This document shows, piece by piece, positions 12,001 to 21,031 of a stretch of DNA of 64,000 nucleotides (position 1 is its first letter; every line of letters starts with the position of its first letter). Position numbers and translations under genes: made by a program. Under the pieces are notes generated by a model that did no database searches, had not been told where the DNA came from, and saw only the letters and a list, made by a program, of their open reading frames with translations. The stretch lies in contig CM000436.1 of the NCBI GenBank assembly GCA_000165345.1, positions 736,001 through 800,000 on the forward strand. Reading direction: 5' to 3'.

Positions 12001-12444
12001 CAACCTTCTAACTCTGTATCTTCAAAGATTAAACCAGAAGATATGATCACATCTGTTTATGGATGGGATCTATGCTATGAAGTTATTCTATTAGATTTCC
12101 ATGACTTGATGATTGAAGGAGGAATCAATACAAGAGAGTCCATTTGTGTAACTGAAAATGATGTTATTTTCTGTTTCAAAAATCCAAGTGTAAGGCAGCA
12201 ATTCGAGATTACTCAACTTACTACGGACGAAAAAATTAGAATTATGTCTCTTTCTGAATCAGGGATGTGCCCTCAAAGAATTGCGCTCGAGCTATCTGAA
12301 GACAGAGTTGCTGCATTAAAGAGTGGCTCGTACTCTATGCTATATAATAATCAACCAAGAGCAGTTGTTGTACCACACCAATTAGTTTCTGAATTTTTGA
12401 GAAGGTTCAGAGCAGCAATTGAAGAAGACAAACATATTTTCTAA
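40..12444 (+). CDS. Giant multidomain protein of more than 4100 aa. It has an N-terminal PH domain (about aa 75-190) and a central degenerate TBC/RabGAP-like domain (about aa 2140-2290, nt about 6460-6900). Long low-complexity and acidic stretches fill the remainder. The 5' end may lie outside the window.
   Basis: Single uninterrupted ORF of 12.4 kb. The track start at 40 is a TTG; the first in-frame ATG is at 55-57, and the frame stays open back to nt 1. A PH-like segment (KVGLLGKFSPRWFIFKGTNLAVFH...ADWVKVFHVANLN) lies near the N-terminus. A TBC signature-like segment GVPNYYRPYIWMQLSGA lies near nt 6500, but the canonical IxxDxxR arginine finger and YxQ glutamine finger are not evident. Confidence 0.6.
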   Translation: MSSEEMQQRQIEGKSYTMPLLKAMLLSHYNRTAWNNAESQVKYSNIKNGQTTDELREISQRLMVDEDNSARVLLERKYCMKKVGLLGKFSPRWFIFKGTNLAVFHSAHEETQPKFYSLVGAAYEVEDRDSSPNKTLWATPIEIISEDGNIVHSDAKYRLSVVTKEPKVRHFCLYSNKKEEIADWVKVFHVANLNLDPSQAALISNVITRIAQRDVPSAWEALVYEAENRAHRETMLRCFVNRLRYLKATRVLNKWQTIYKVQNKDSNEGLKLLGREVMLGRLYRRDKLLVRTSQQREAIIELIQEGYRREKSKSQAQMKASTESIETTDSDAAAIAATSEGAQIKQGQQGRDFPTVFYVNPSIEKYHSKILDSKEQSIKSKYSKHTIIPTYQEDANVRISSDLSRVIWAPKKWESVGNKNMFIDVDSISSIIVNASKPSYASKGLYSAPSIVSEYDIAECVDEYVYSMTDSCFSHIADKEKRERDPQNRITTGNWLAICGPRLGFKPAYSPDFLIRDTPVVVMKVNINIKSISLNERFSRLYTEYYQYYADELQEMTPYEKTTTMAALTYGDNSQTTKLNTIKSLVSNVQTNEEIVRDYGTMTSSISSIRRLFTAASNIDNETIENNLKESGSSNFENQIKPSNSTVASIRNLFTKNISNVKDFNSPRSSPVRSQTKSATVTGTKPARQIDGLVLPPELSVIDPFKTVQVERNLEIRDSTVQTYLRITAFHQSYTSAHAVGVNPTYDLNFCVDVPLMTSNASKEMINEARIKAMEDAICTVDLWVKSPIDCVPDELIASIDIPLKELSNSDRLSRQRSQFIAADSFILKQPVPDLKSSVSGNSRAIQILKYLGLLDPSSENLEDLPLGQLDISADSVIETSIMGENPISPETICLGGLQGLSSYSIDQSTNQNIRQKNGDCVELYIGQVKLDPNWTPGLYFVEVIMGDVSCMTHLVQTRYDSISADFRSHLYIPRYDNQLGVDPKCLQILIRRALGTEDRCSSLARLLQDSVIMGELIVDVTKLTMNEPHSSNGLYAVFKPTTSALYGSRGLDYALEIAQLGPKSDELQEAKQHIMLDVQIRMMITLRRKTDVTLKKVIDQSDDFKLVGDTALLVVEEELKYPISQKEFHVKCCPGNFDTLKAGTLGLPLRSVGNYIEYEIGGFQENSDQQINDLNTLNKFENDSILNEELEAIDAQPVPLYASDPVPAQFYLPEDPRTFRSRKLPGIWHRILADGFRPGERVTRLTHRVRYVPVTIIAIYKNRTALCRWAENVSINPTEFPEGCVFIPEQRLVMGVPLSFLSTPHKAGIHVYDSTITRLPDNSITLLSDITNYGGYMPLSVNPIFCEYEWVLWIKAETPQQMTLWATIIRNTVRERAFRRVRAYERTRDIMNNEEEVENNDCKASTSMISRNSNGQSYLEKRYDSGELEVVVHSSKILCKSNQSLNFYSVFQWARIPKQLYEMIENEGNYDVKSSIRQAIKRIIEESILGFNMKNRSSVTDQLTPQELRPAPIDMSTAKLHASYIPFSLSTQIKENNLYSVDRIKDEFLILVTKITFSSYYLSNLCKNVLPDETSPYVKNSKEAKLLDKISGELVGVVPDKLDKNKLTNEVYNTYRCRFYNNKDTCEQGGSVFSTTHIDTSDEVPLLIIKLFQESNDGLDTFIGHVILNTVDYLTPENPFQIKYKKINPRYTYIVSASGTGGKMYSFDTVPDALNFVMSQNKEITVEEFYRALYGETNQARRIHGPWRVRVQENIEYHGDVCLMVRYGPTDIRLLTEFQPTANDYKEHILDYHRKQFDDSGIPYIHTVYDPNTPFAVKIARIFGNKFGQLNGNVFDLLKKYSDDTKMLKLIQMYLLRPAEQWVYERSLYEQMLFLEPLTDLIEKQNMTRWKYLLADSNNRGLQQWEQLYRQGLLLHKVDELSYDSWSILVNANVRDRLPSILLELWNGEEYLGEYLLPSLSSLLLSKINTTVRLHTSALARENDKKTRYDIRKENLTSSKLSTFINMEISWRIKSTTEGIFGLIVKDVRNVVSELTDDLNEIKPQIHVYQYFSDNDQWRIMEITKPSIATRTILGIETPEKLKKQNIEWNNVFVYSRDRIVDLQFPISIPAMVESVPIVFNFNELLLSDNNSIKLDKDENNEVVEKIWSLLKSGVPNYYRPYIWMQLSGANDLKNSIQKKWQSLNDSNKCGHDTLFSYLIEYADTCNSCVLRQLDEDIESAKIRYHMCESILGIDQVHTFWENVRYIMRALIVFSLRKKYNIYNCEKFHVGLPLQYAFGLLSLTIELLMNFGGVCLTPEDVFYLVYSVCGSRHNIYLKSNNEEDKKDENRSLKNKKLIKGALLPYYTTEEQEDDLNNDMPAQINDIIFLKSALELLHPFEYDNMLASGFQLEEIFYGCLTSIFAGSLPSSTITQLYDLLFNVYFQPKDIFMKRGEHHHKHDHKNDIDYNDNKINISLSRRILICLSYFIITESYREININPLISSKCIRETIKSTMATMRDPLEMVHGIERADFIIFGNKKIYETILKLYETYIISYQESLWFSKKQNSVLEKMINMTPLQNQHGSDAPSHLGMRFIGGRYVPKTVASPGLSLKDLTESLYPLIKFQALYAGRNLHQLPPGIAGYVIIKIDEVREFAKYNEPISPVVCVRMDQYKVATDPATERCSRSFIWKSNNVFMFPIPIWKSPTQKKNLNGRNSYHLHKESSESEMPLTVEIFIEVLDSEALDDENKLLCSAQLSLDRWSTDGGSLSLNGDDGTLAIYNDCNKMSLLFSWYTYVPNSELDTSALLPFSFGKQQWGDYGGYHCIYAPVNVESYRNELHSELKEEKLKEWESEPRQSVLDIIRGHRKMDESGGNLDALPTMRSMYPGKLEISTGKYGPTRSQLQQLFFFSAPSLLPYVDEIVESFAKISMNSSEEKVTLTPVPLRELIASIILCSRGTLSEKANLLFDLFGYDDANRLSVAFHSMYYSHTPQYPAAIQIGSQLNTHLPVEVSDKLGVAPSNVISLAGVAAIVQTACIRSNIPLDNVGIYQITASVFDHYFDVPSVVKALIIPPKGYDGRVSKEYITHNYRNLKYDTSSISNTEDITIDNMNIFSDCKGSKGIFNSINCMNGKSVKENAYWYNIDHMIDSKFILDVSRSITHHIRKNASLEGLFGIDFSVHTCLRHFDINDPFPGLIKTLRIIISGKRSKHEIRIIDLTIDEKGHFIDSRVQYGTETSDDLHTTDVRGANQFRQAFESGLATVDFPRLLFSDGAANGKERVPTASFVFNLHNILIDKYSFVTKFCDFTLVTEAIRRITANDRTCEPNRYLKLNVEVNLTLEENRSYPHYSVDEILGVPLKIMNNNDELANQLSQSLVISGSNNNIGNQSQRSVISMNASTLMNEDGYMTQRSMISTNSKQVFEPSLSVHSSMPLLTEGEDTNEDVGCQSIEAEKLKSGISLTSSNSIAKGEIEKMLSKKSTLVGDEELEKMVSNNSYQDNNVNNAEKLPTRTESNSGAVLKQASTATSRIAALFMTRQSSLFNSLSFNNDGENNKEADGTLDSKLNSIAKSSSKISDEEINKIESTSIPRNKSYNIDEDEEELKVDEEEEMLLQQQQLSSAINSFNSKRINSQTSLLSAVSRGASTVNLCRTFTRGNFGSYYEAEGKTEYQVDIPFRPPGQVEERHNIRVYLADSIRVLKNKVMEACKSIAQRLQESGIDNGLYKEIVLGPHHVVELVVTDFDGHIRYLPLLNETNSIEDYILSNEDLLQEFITSNMNSILNIRIIPPKNLQTEKSTRIVNEMQHESGGACITSMYLANELANHEILEDGLLVRNPLGFRTYFHKAHYEIRNKMIEIEPGKVVSLDNLCFVRKSNTVLNNLAACINLDWNVDEWVPAVAIRGINTFLDELEGIHSESVRGRTSRIPQAVLSASSTIGGFMPVTLGAYNPISAAFDYGYGARNGSISVSNNHRNFGNGSSTKRYKTGTNSGTKKFGTTTTGIASTNQPSNSVSSKIKPEDMITSVYGWDLCYEVILLDFHDLMIEGGINTRESICVTENDVIFCFKNPSVRQQFEITQLTTDEKIRIMSLSESGMCPQRIALELSEDRVAALKSGSYSMLYNNQPRAVVVPHQLVSEFLRRFRAAIEEDKHIF

Positions 12445-12601
12445 ACTGATTTGGTATCTGGAGTAACTGTGAGATAATTCTTTATTTAATAATAAAATTC
12501 AGGTAATAAATATTAAATAGCAAACTAGCTTCTTAGATTCTATTCAACTTCAAATATTAATCTTACCTATTTTCAATTCTTCTTCATTTGATTTTTTTTC
12601 T

Positions 12602-14332
<1,731 letters not shown>

Positions 14333-14586
14333 TATGCATCATAAAATATTATACTAACAAATAAACATATAAATATGCATATATATATCGGACGTCTATA
14401 CTAAAAAGGTTCAAATTGAAATAGATTCCGATTTTTCCGTTTTAAAATCCTAAATTCTTAAAATTTTATAACATGCATGTAATAATTAAACTATCGATAT
14501 TTGCATGCAAACAGTTTCTTATTAAAACATTTAAATTAGTTTAATTTTATATTATTTAATTTATTCCCCTTAATTAAAGTTCTTTG

Positions 14587-15960
14587 TTATTCAGTTCCAA
14601 AGTATCGATCAGCAAAACAACCTAATCCTGGAATTACAAAACCATCAGAGTTAACATCACGGTCAATTTCAGTCGTAATTAGAGTTACCTCCGGGAACTC
14701 TTTACATATTCTGTGTATTGCATTGTGAGCAACAATAAGACTAAGAACAATAATTTTACGCTGCAAAACCCCCTTTGATAACAAATATTTAATTGCAGAA
14801 AATACCCCAAATCCATTCCCAAGAATAGGATCCAAAATAAATACATTCCTTGAGGCAATATCATCGGGTAATTTGCAATAGATAATCTTAGGTTTATCAA
14901 ACTGGGCATCAAGTTCCGTTTTAGGATTTTGGAACTCCAGTAGAATTTTTCCTATTGGGATATCTTTACAAACAGCAGATAAACCTATTTCCATACTTTC
15001 TCCTCCTCTAACTATTGAGACCGCGCAGAGTTTATCCTTGTAATTAAATTGCACTCCGTCGTAAAGTTCTCCAATAGGTGTTTCAATTGTTTGACCAGTA
15101 AAAGACAAATGGCTAAGAGCATTTTCGACGACCAGTCGAATTAATCTATCTGACCAAAAGACAAAGTCCACCACTGATGTATCCTTATTCCTTATAATAG
15201 AGTGCATATGGCGTATTTGACAATTAGAAGGAATAATATGCAAATTAGAGTAAATTTTTCTTAAATCATCCATTTTTAACTTGTATCTAAGATGTTGTAC
15301 AACAAGGTCAACAGCAACTTCATTTGGATAATGCGGAATTACGATATCTGCATATCTTCTAGTCGGATAAATGAATTCATCATAGGATGGCTTAACCGTT
15401 TTCTCATATTGATTAAGAATATCGTCAATTTGTCTGCCTCTCTCAATAGTATCTCTTCTTATTCTACGTACAAGACGAATATCATCGTCCGTATCGACAA
15501 AAATTGACATATTTATAAGATGTCTAATTTTTGGATGGAAAAGAATAAATATGCCTTCAACAATAATAATAGATGCTGGAGAAACCTTCCTTCCTGTTTC
15601 CAATCTCTTATGTTGTTTAAAACAGTAGTTAGGGATGTGAACCCCTTCCCCGTTTTTCAAACTTAGTAAAACATTGTATAGAAGTTCAAAGTCCACAGAA
15701 TTAGGATGATCAAAGTTGTAGTCTGCCATAGTTTGCCCCTCTTCTAAGACAGGAGTTTTATAAAAACTATCAGTCTCAATTACCGTAACTCGTTTATCTC
15801 CTAACTCTGAAAAAATTCTGGTACATACGCTTGTTTTTCCGCTTGCACTTCCTCCTGCAACTGCAATAACAAAAACATTTGAATTGCTGCTAGGCGTTAA
15901 AGCTTGATCGCCATAATATATGTCTTTAGAAATTAATTTTTCAAGACTGATATTAGACAT
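14587..15960 (-). CDS. UK-UPRT: Bifunctional uridine kinase / uracil phosphoribosyltransferase (UK-UPRT fusion), pyrimidine salvage.
   Basis: True ATG start. The N-terminal half has the uridine-cytidine kinase P-loop VIAVAGGSASGKTSVC, plus VTVIETDSFYK and DFDHPNSVDFELL. The C-terminal half has UPRT motifs: SIVRGGESMEIGL and the PRPP-binding FILDPILGNGFGVFSAI. Confidence 0.85.
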   Translation of the reverse strand: MSNISLEKLISKDIYYGDQALTPSSNSNVFVIAVAGGSASGKTSVCTRIFSELGDKRVTVIETDSFYKTPVLEEGQTMADYNFDHPNSVDFELLYNVLLSLKNGEGVHIPNYCFKQHKRLETGRKVSPASIIIVEGIFILFHPKIRHLINMSIFVDTDDDIRLVRRIRRDTIERGRQIDDILNQYEKTVKPSYDEFIYPTRRYADIVIPHYPNEVAVDLVVQHLRYKLKMDDLRKIYSNLHIIPSNCQIRHMHSIIRNKDTSVVDFVFWSDRLIRLVVENALSHLSFTGQTIETPIGELYDGVQFNYKDKLCAVSIVRGGESMEIGLSAVCKDIPIGKILLEFQNPKTELDAQFDKPKIIYCKLPDDIASRNVFILDPILGNGFGVFSAIKYLLSKGVLQRKIIVLSLIVAHNAIHRICKEFPEVTLITTEIDRDVNSDGFVIPGLGCFADRYFGTE

Positions 15961-16363
15961 TATATATTCAAATTAATAACCAAAAAATAGTAATGAAGTA
16001 AATCTACGGCAATATTTATAGCTATTAATATAAACAAATTAGAAGTTATTGTCTTATTATAAACGTTTCAAAATATTTGACGTCGAAATTTTTAAACAAT
16101 TATGATCAATAACAGTATCGGCGGTAACAGTTTTGAAAATGAAAGTTAAACATTGATTAAAAATAGTTTTGCTAGGTTTGGATTGAAAATTTGAAACAAT
16201 TAAAAGCAATCAATAACTATTCTAACTTGATCCGTTGTTGATATATAAAAGGGGGAAAAGATTTAATTATAAAATTTTTTTTTCTAGCGCGATATCAAAT
16301 TCTTTGTGGACTAGTTGATTAATATTATAGAATAGGTAATAGCAATATTAATCAGTATTCCCA

Positions 16364-17476
16364 ATGATTGACGACCAACTTATTATATATACGCTTGTAA
16401 TATCTCCTGTTGTCGGATGGCTTACTTCAACAAAAAGAACTTGGAACAAAAAAAATCAAGTAAACGGAGTTATTCTTGCACTAATTGTGTTAGTGATTGC
16501 ATGTGTATTGCAAAATGTAAGAGTTTCTCAAAACCATTACCAAACTTTGGGTATATCGAGTAGTGCGTCAAAGTCTGAGATTACCGCAGCATACAGAAAA
16601 TTAGCTCTTAAGTTCCACCCGGATAAAAACTCAGATTTAAGTGCAAGAGAAATTTATTCTAAAATTAGGAATGCTAATGAAATACTATCAAACGATTTAA
16701 GAAGAAGTTGGTATCGTAGATTCGGAACAGTTGAAAATAATTTAGATTTATACAAGGCTTCAGAAGATGAAGAATTCATTGATTATCCATTACATCTTAC
16801 TATAGTACCTTTTGTTACTGCTGTAATTCCGATTTGTTTGTCATTATTGATGTGGAATGATCAAGAGAATATAAGAAGAATAATTCTTTGTTTTATAGTT
16901 TGGACGTTATCGTGCGGGATTTTACTTAGATTTGATAGGAATGAGAACGATTTCCTAACATTTATTCCAATTTTCAGAAATTTTCTCCCGTTCGAGAAAA
17001 TTAGAGTTTTAGAAGGGCTATACATAACAATAATGAATTCTTTACAGCTTATTCTCCCATTTTTTGCCACAAGTTTCTACAAAAACGAACTTGCAGAGTT
17101 TTACCAATCTCTATTGAGGAAGAAGCTGCGATTACTAATATATATAGAGGATTTCTATAATGAAATAAAGCCCAAAAGCCAGAGAACAACCGAAGAGAGC
17201 GGTATTTCAACATACAATTACAGCATTGTTACTCCAAATTTTCAGTCAGATGCATTAAAGACAGAGGTAATTAAGCACATGGAACAAACTAGTTTAGAGT
17301 TTAATCAATTATTAATTGAAGAACCGTTTCTAAACGAATCATGGGATAACTCTTTTAATAATGTTTATAATTTACTAGAGGATAATCTTGATTTAGAAGA
17401 GAAGTCAGGGCTATCTATTGGTACGATTATTTTTATTTTATTCTGGGTATATAAAATATATTCGGCCTTTACTTAG
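16364..17476 (+). CDS. Membrane-anchored DnaJ (J-domain) protein with multiple predicted transmembrane segments.
   Basis: ATG at 16364. The J domain has an HPD motif: YQTLGISSSASKSEITAAYRKLALKFHPDKN. The N-terminus and several downstream segments are hydrophobic. Confidence 0.7.
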   Translation: MIDDQLIIYTLVISPVVGWLTSTKRTWNKKNQVNGVILALIVLVIACVLQNVRVSQNHYQTLGISSSASKSEITAAYRKLALKFHPDKNSDLSAREIYSKIRNANEILSNDLRRSWYRRFGTVENNLDLYKASEDEEFIDYPLHLTIVPFVTAVIPICLSLLMWNDQENIRRIILCFIVWTLSCGILLRFDRNENDFLTFIPIFRNFLPFEKIRVLEGLYITIMNSLQLILPFFATSFYKNELAEFYQSLLRKKLRLLIYIEDFYNEIKPKSQRTTEESGISTYNYSIVTPNFQSDALKTEVIKHMEQTSLEFNQLLIEEPFLNESWDNSFNNVYNLLEDNLDLEEKSGLSIGTIIFILFWVYKIYSAFT

Positions 17477-17478
17477 TT

Positions 17479-19014
17479 TCACAAATCCTGAATGTAAATT
17501 TTTCCATTTGTTTCAATTCCCAAGTCAGATAATGAATGAGAATCACTGTATCCTTCAATTTTAATCTTATTTTTGTTATTAACAAATATATACTCCAATG
17601 ATTCATTTTTTTGTATTTTGTAAATCTTCCAAATTAAAACTTTAACATCAGATACGGCCATTTTTTTGTTTAGTTTAATTGTGGTTGGATTACAGTCAAT
17701 ACAACATTTAAATTGAGGAATAAAGCTTATATCTAAGTATTTTTCGTCTTTACTCACATTATCGGAGTCAGGAATTAAATTTTGATGAATTGATATGTCG
17801 TTTTCTATTATGAATTCGCAAAGAATATCTCCATTGGGGTCTATTTCTCTCAACATATTATTTTTTAGTACTGTATATTGAGAAATATAATAACGCTGAT
17901 ATGAAATAATATCTTGCTTATTAATTATACTTTTATTGAACGTTTTTATATTTGGTAATATAGAAATTATTATACTTCTTAAATCTATTGTAGTGTTATT
18001 CAAAATAATGTTGTTTCTAAGACAAAGGTGCTCTAAGTTTGGGAAAGCTTTCCTTAAGTAAACAATTGTGCCAAGTTCAATAATCCCGCAGTTGTCCAAG
18101 TTTAATTCTAAAATATTTGGGAATTCAATATTAATATTTGTATTTGTTTTTAATATCGGTAATTTAAAAAAATAATTACTAGATATGTTCAAGCTTTTCA
18201 GGCCCGTTAAATATTTTAGGATATTTTCTATATTCTCCCAATCAGATAGTAAGTTTAGGCTCAAATCTAACCTTTGAATTGTTGAGTTTGAATAATCCAT
18301 TGAAATAAAATAGTAGTTGTTCGATGAAAGGTTAACATAGTTGACATTTGGCAATACTGAATCTTCTCTAAATAACAGCATTAGCTGCTCAAATTTAACG
18401 AAGGTTTTACTCATACTTAAAACTTTGATATTATTGAACTGATTATGGTTAATAAAAGAAATTTCTTTGAGCCTATTCCCATTTAGCATTAAGCATTCAA
18501 GTTTTGGTAAATGAGACAGTATGCAAAATAAAGAGTTCCAATCTGATAGTAAATTGTTGTTTAAGCAAAGAGAATTAATATTATTGTAGCATTGGGTAAA
18601 GTCTACAGGAGATTCTAAAGATTTCATAAGTTCTTTACAGGCACAAGTAACAATGCTCATTCTTTCTAGAGATAAAATTGATATTTTTTTGCAATACTCC
18701 TGTGCCTTTTTCAAACCCACAAAATTTTCAACCTCTTCATCGCATAAATATCGATTTCTAATAGCTTCTTGAAAAGAAATTCCTGACGATAATTCATTTA
18801 TTTTGTGAAGTTCTAGTTTCTTTTCTACCTTATTTCTGTTCATAAAACATGATGAAACATTTTGTATATCTGAATTTAGTGAATTACAATTTATATCTGA
18901 ATCCCACAAAACCCCAAAAAGTTCCTCGCCATTCTCATTAAATACGGTTGAGCAGATTGTCCCAATTCTTTCATCTTCCAAATGCAACACTCTATCACCT
19001 AATTTTATCTCCAT
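17479..19014 (-). CDS. Tubulin-folding cofactor E (TBCE)-like protein with a degenerate N-terminal CAP-Gly domain, leucine-rich repeats and a C-terminal ubiquitin-like domain.
   Basis: The track start at 19023 is a TTG; the first real ATG is three codons downstream (MEIKLGDRV, about 19014). LGDRVLHLEDERIGTICSTVFNENGEELFGVLWD parallels the TBCE CAP-Gly region (IGRRVEV...WLGVEWD). The middle is LRR-like (LNLSSN, LDLSLNLLSDWENI). The C-terminal UBL-like segment is VKVLIWKIY...LSDLGIETNGKIYIQDL. Confidence 0.5.
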   Translation of the reverse strand: MEIKLGDRVLHLEDERIGTICSTVFNENGEELFGVLWDSDINCNSLNSDIQNVSSCFMNRNKVEKKLELHKINELSSGISFQEAIRNRYLCDEEVENFVGLKKAQEYCKKISILSLERMSIVTCACKELMKSLESPVDFTQCYNNINSLCLNNNLLSDWNSLFCILSHLPKLECLMLNGNRLKEISFINHNQFNNIKVLSMSKTFVKFEQLMLLFREDSVLPNVNYVNLSSNNYYFISMDYSNSTIQRLDLSLNLLSDWENIENILKYLTGLKSLNISSNYFFKLPILKTNTNINIEFPNILELNLDNCGIIELGTIVYLRKAFPNLEHLCLRNNIILNNTTIDLRSIIISILPNIKTFNKSIINKQDIISYQRYYISQYTVLKNNMLREIDPNGDILCEFIIENDISIHQNLIPDSDNVSKDEKYLDISFIPQFKCCIDCNPTTIKLNKKMAVSDVKVLIWKIYKIQKNESLEYIFVNNKNKIKIEGYSDSHSLSDLGIETNGKIYIQDL

Positions 19015-19360
19015 ACTTCGCAATTACAAATTGTTCAAATCGTACGCGCGAACTTTTACATTTATCGAGTATCGCAGAACAAGTCTACCAAGCTCAAATT
19101 GCCCACAAATATAATATAATAACAACGCTCTCAAATTAAATCTATAAGTTTTACTAACACCAAAATAGAATACTAAGAAACACTAAATAAGAGAAATAAT
19201 ACAGCTACTCAAGTACCACTTTTCAAACTAGTCACCTTAGTGTGATTTGATTAGTCAATATTCTCCTTTTGCGATTTCATCATATTGCTCCTGTATCTTA
19301 TCAAAAAAAGAAGAAGAGGTAGCAAAATAGAGCTGAAAAAATATATATAAGCCACAAATA

Positions 19361-21031
19361 TTAAGCATCCACTTTTATTCTCTTCACGTCATTTTCGGTA
19401 GAAATAATTGAATTCTCCCTCACTTCACTCCATTCGGAATTTATACCATTAGCAGTTATCAAAGTATTAATCTCTCCTCCAGTATCTGCTGATTGATCTT
19501 CGGTTTCTGCTCGAGCTTCTGTTTCAATATTTGGTGTTTTGTATTCAAATATAGATGTTTCGATAGAACCATTACTTTTTACAACCAATAATTCAGTAGA
19601 ATTTGATTTTGGATCTAATTCTTGTGACTCAGTCGTGCTTGAAGGCAGAGCAAAGTCTCCACCTCCACCATTTACCTGCTCGCTTACCTTAGTCAACTCA
19701 TTAATGTTTGTGCTAGGCTTTCTCTTTGTACCCCTCAAACCCACTTTCCCTTTGCTTTGAGCAAGCGATTGTGCATGTAAGTTTATAAACCGTTCTTCAA
19801 GCCCACACATAGCCGCTATTTGCCAAAGCTGCTTTGTAGTTGCGTTCCGAATATCCGCTATTTTGCTTGCTTCAACTCTTTTTTCGGGATGACTTCTAAG
19901 GTAGGCTGACAACTCACTTTTCAATAATGCCCTTCCCTGGTCGCCTAATCTATATTTTCTTGTATGGCTAATCTTAAAAACGTCATTTGGTTCGCCTAGA
20001 ATGCATTGGTCTGAGCCACTAGTGTGAGAAATACCATTTGAAAGATTTTCAAATGAAATTTGGCCCAATTTAATATTCCTTAAGTTGTAATCTGGTAGTC
20101 CGGGATTTCCAATCGGCTTCATCGAATCATCACAAACAATATTAGTACTTTTATTAAAGTCGCCGTTTGCGTTCAAATAATTTTTTACTCTTTCATGCGC
20201 ATCCGCCAGACTAGCAATATTATTTAGATAAGAATTCAGCAATGAATTAAGCTTATCACTTTCTTCTGGCACGCCTATTTCCTTTTTCAACGAAAGCACT
20301 GGCTTTTTAATTTTGCTGATATCGCAATTTTCGGTTCCGCTAACCAAATTATTCTGATAAATCGAGCCTAGACATGGGCCAATTATTGGCGATATTCTAG
20401 GCATGATATTCGGGTGAATGATCGAGGGTTGAGATCCGATTGACAAAAGCGGTGATTGCAACAATGGGTTGATAATTGGAGGTTGAGAATCCAATTTTAT
20501 GGAATTAATAGATTGATTCTCCTCTTTAGATAACAAATTGTTTTGAGTAGACAAAATTGATTCTATTCCTGGAAAACTGGCTATTGGTATTCCACTTACT
20601 GGGATAACGCTCTGTGGAACTACTGTGCCATTCAAATTGTAGCCACTTGGAATGGCACTATAACAGTCTGGCAATACAGCTCGAACTGCACCAAGAGTAT
20701 TGTTTACTTGATACAGCTGGTTCGGTAAAATCAAGGGAAAACCAGGGTTTAATTCATTAATTCCACCAATATTCATATTTAACCCAAATCCAAGGTTTAA
20801 ACCAATCCCAATATTTTGTCCTAAAGATGAATTTATTGCTTGGCTAGTATTTTGACCTGAATTTGTGAACAATGATTCGATATAATTATTTGAAAAACTT
20901 TTCCCTTCTAGTATTGGCGATACACATGTTGTCGATGGGGCAGTTCCTGTTTTATTGAAAGATTGCTCAATTAATGCGCTCGACCCATTTTCAGTCTTTT
21001 CACTGGTATTTATTTCGTTCAGATGATTCAT
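19361..21031 (-). CDS. Hypothetical low-complexity (Ser/Asn/Gly/Leu-rich) protein with a conserved-looking basic helical block near aa 350-430.
   Basis: True ATG start. The ORF is 556 aa and largely low complexity. I recognise no domain. Confidence 0.5.
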   Translation of the reverse strand: MNHLNEINTSEKTENGSSALIEQSFNKTGTAPSTTCVSPILEGKSFSNNYIESLFTNSGQNTSQAINSSLGQNIGIGLNLGFGLNMNIGGINELNPGFPLILPNQLYQVNNTLGAVRAVLPDCYSAIPSGYNLNGTVVPQSVIPVSGIPIASFPGIESILSTQNNLLSKEENQSINSIKLDSQPPIINPLLQSPLLSIGSQPSIIHPNIMPRISPIIGPCLGSIYQNNLVSGTENCDISKIKKPVLSLKKEIGVPEESDKLNSLLNSYLNNIASLADAHERVKNYLNANGDFNKSTNIVCDDSMKPIGNPGLPDYNLRNIKLGQISFENLSNGISHTSGSDQCILGEPNDVFKISHTRKYRLGDQGRALLKSELSAYLRSHPEKRVEASKIADIRNATTKQLWQIAAMCGLEERFINLHAQSLAQSKGKVGLRGTKRKPSTNINELTKVSEQVNGGGGDFALPSSTTESQELDPKSNSTELLVVKSNGSIETSIFEYKTPNIETEARAETEDQSADTGGEINTLITANGINSEWSEVRENSIISTENDVKRIKVDA

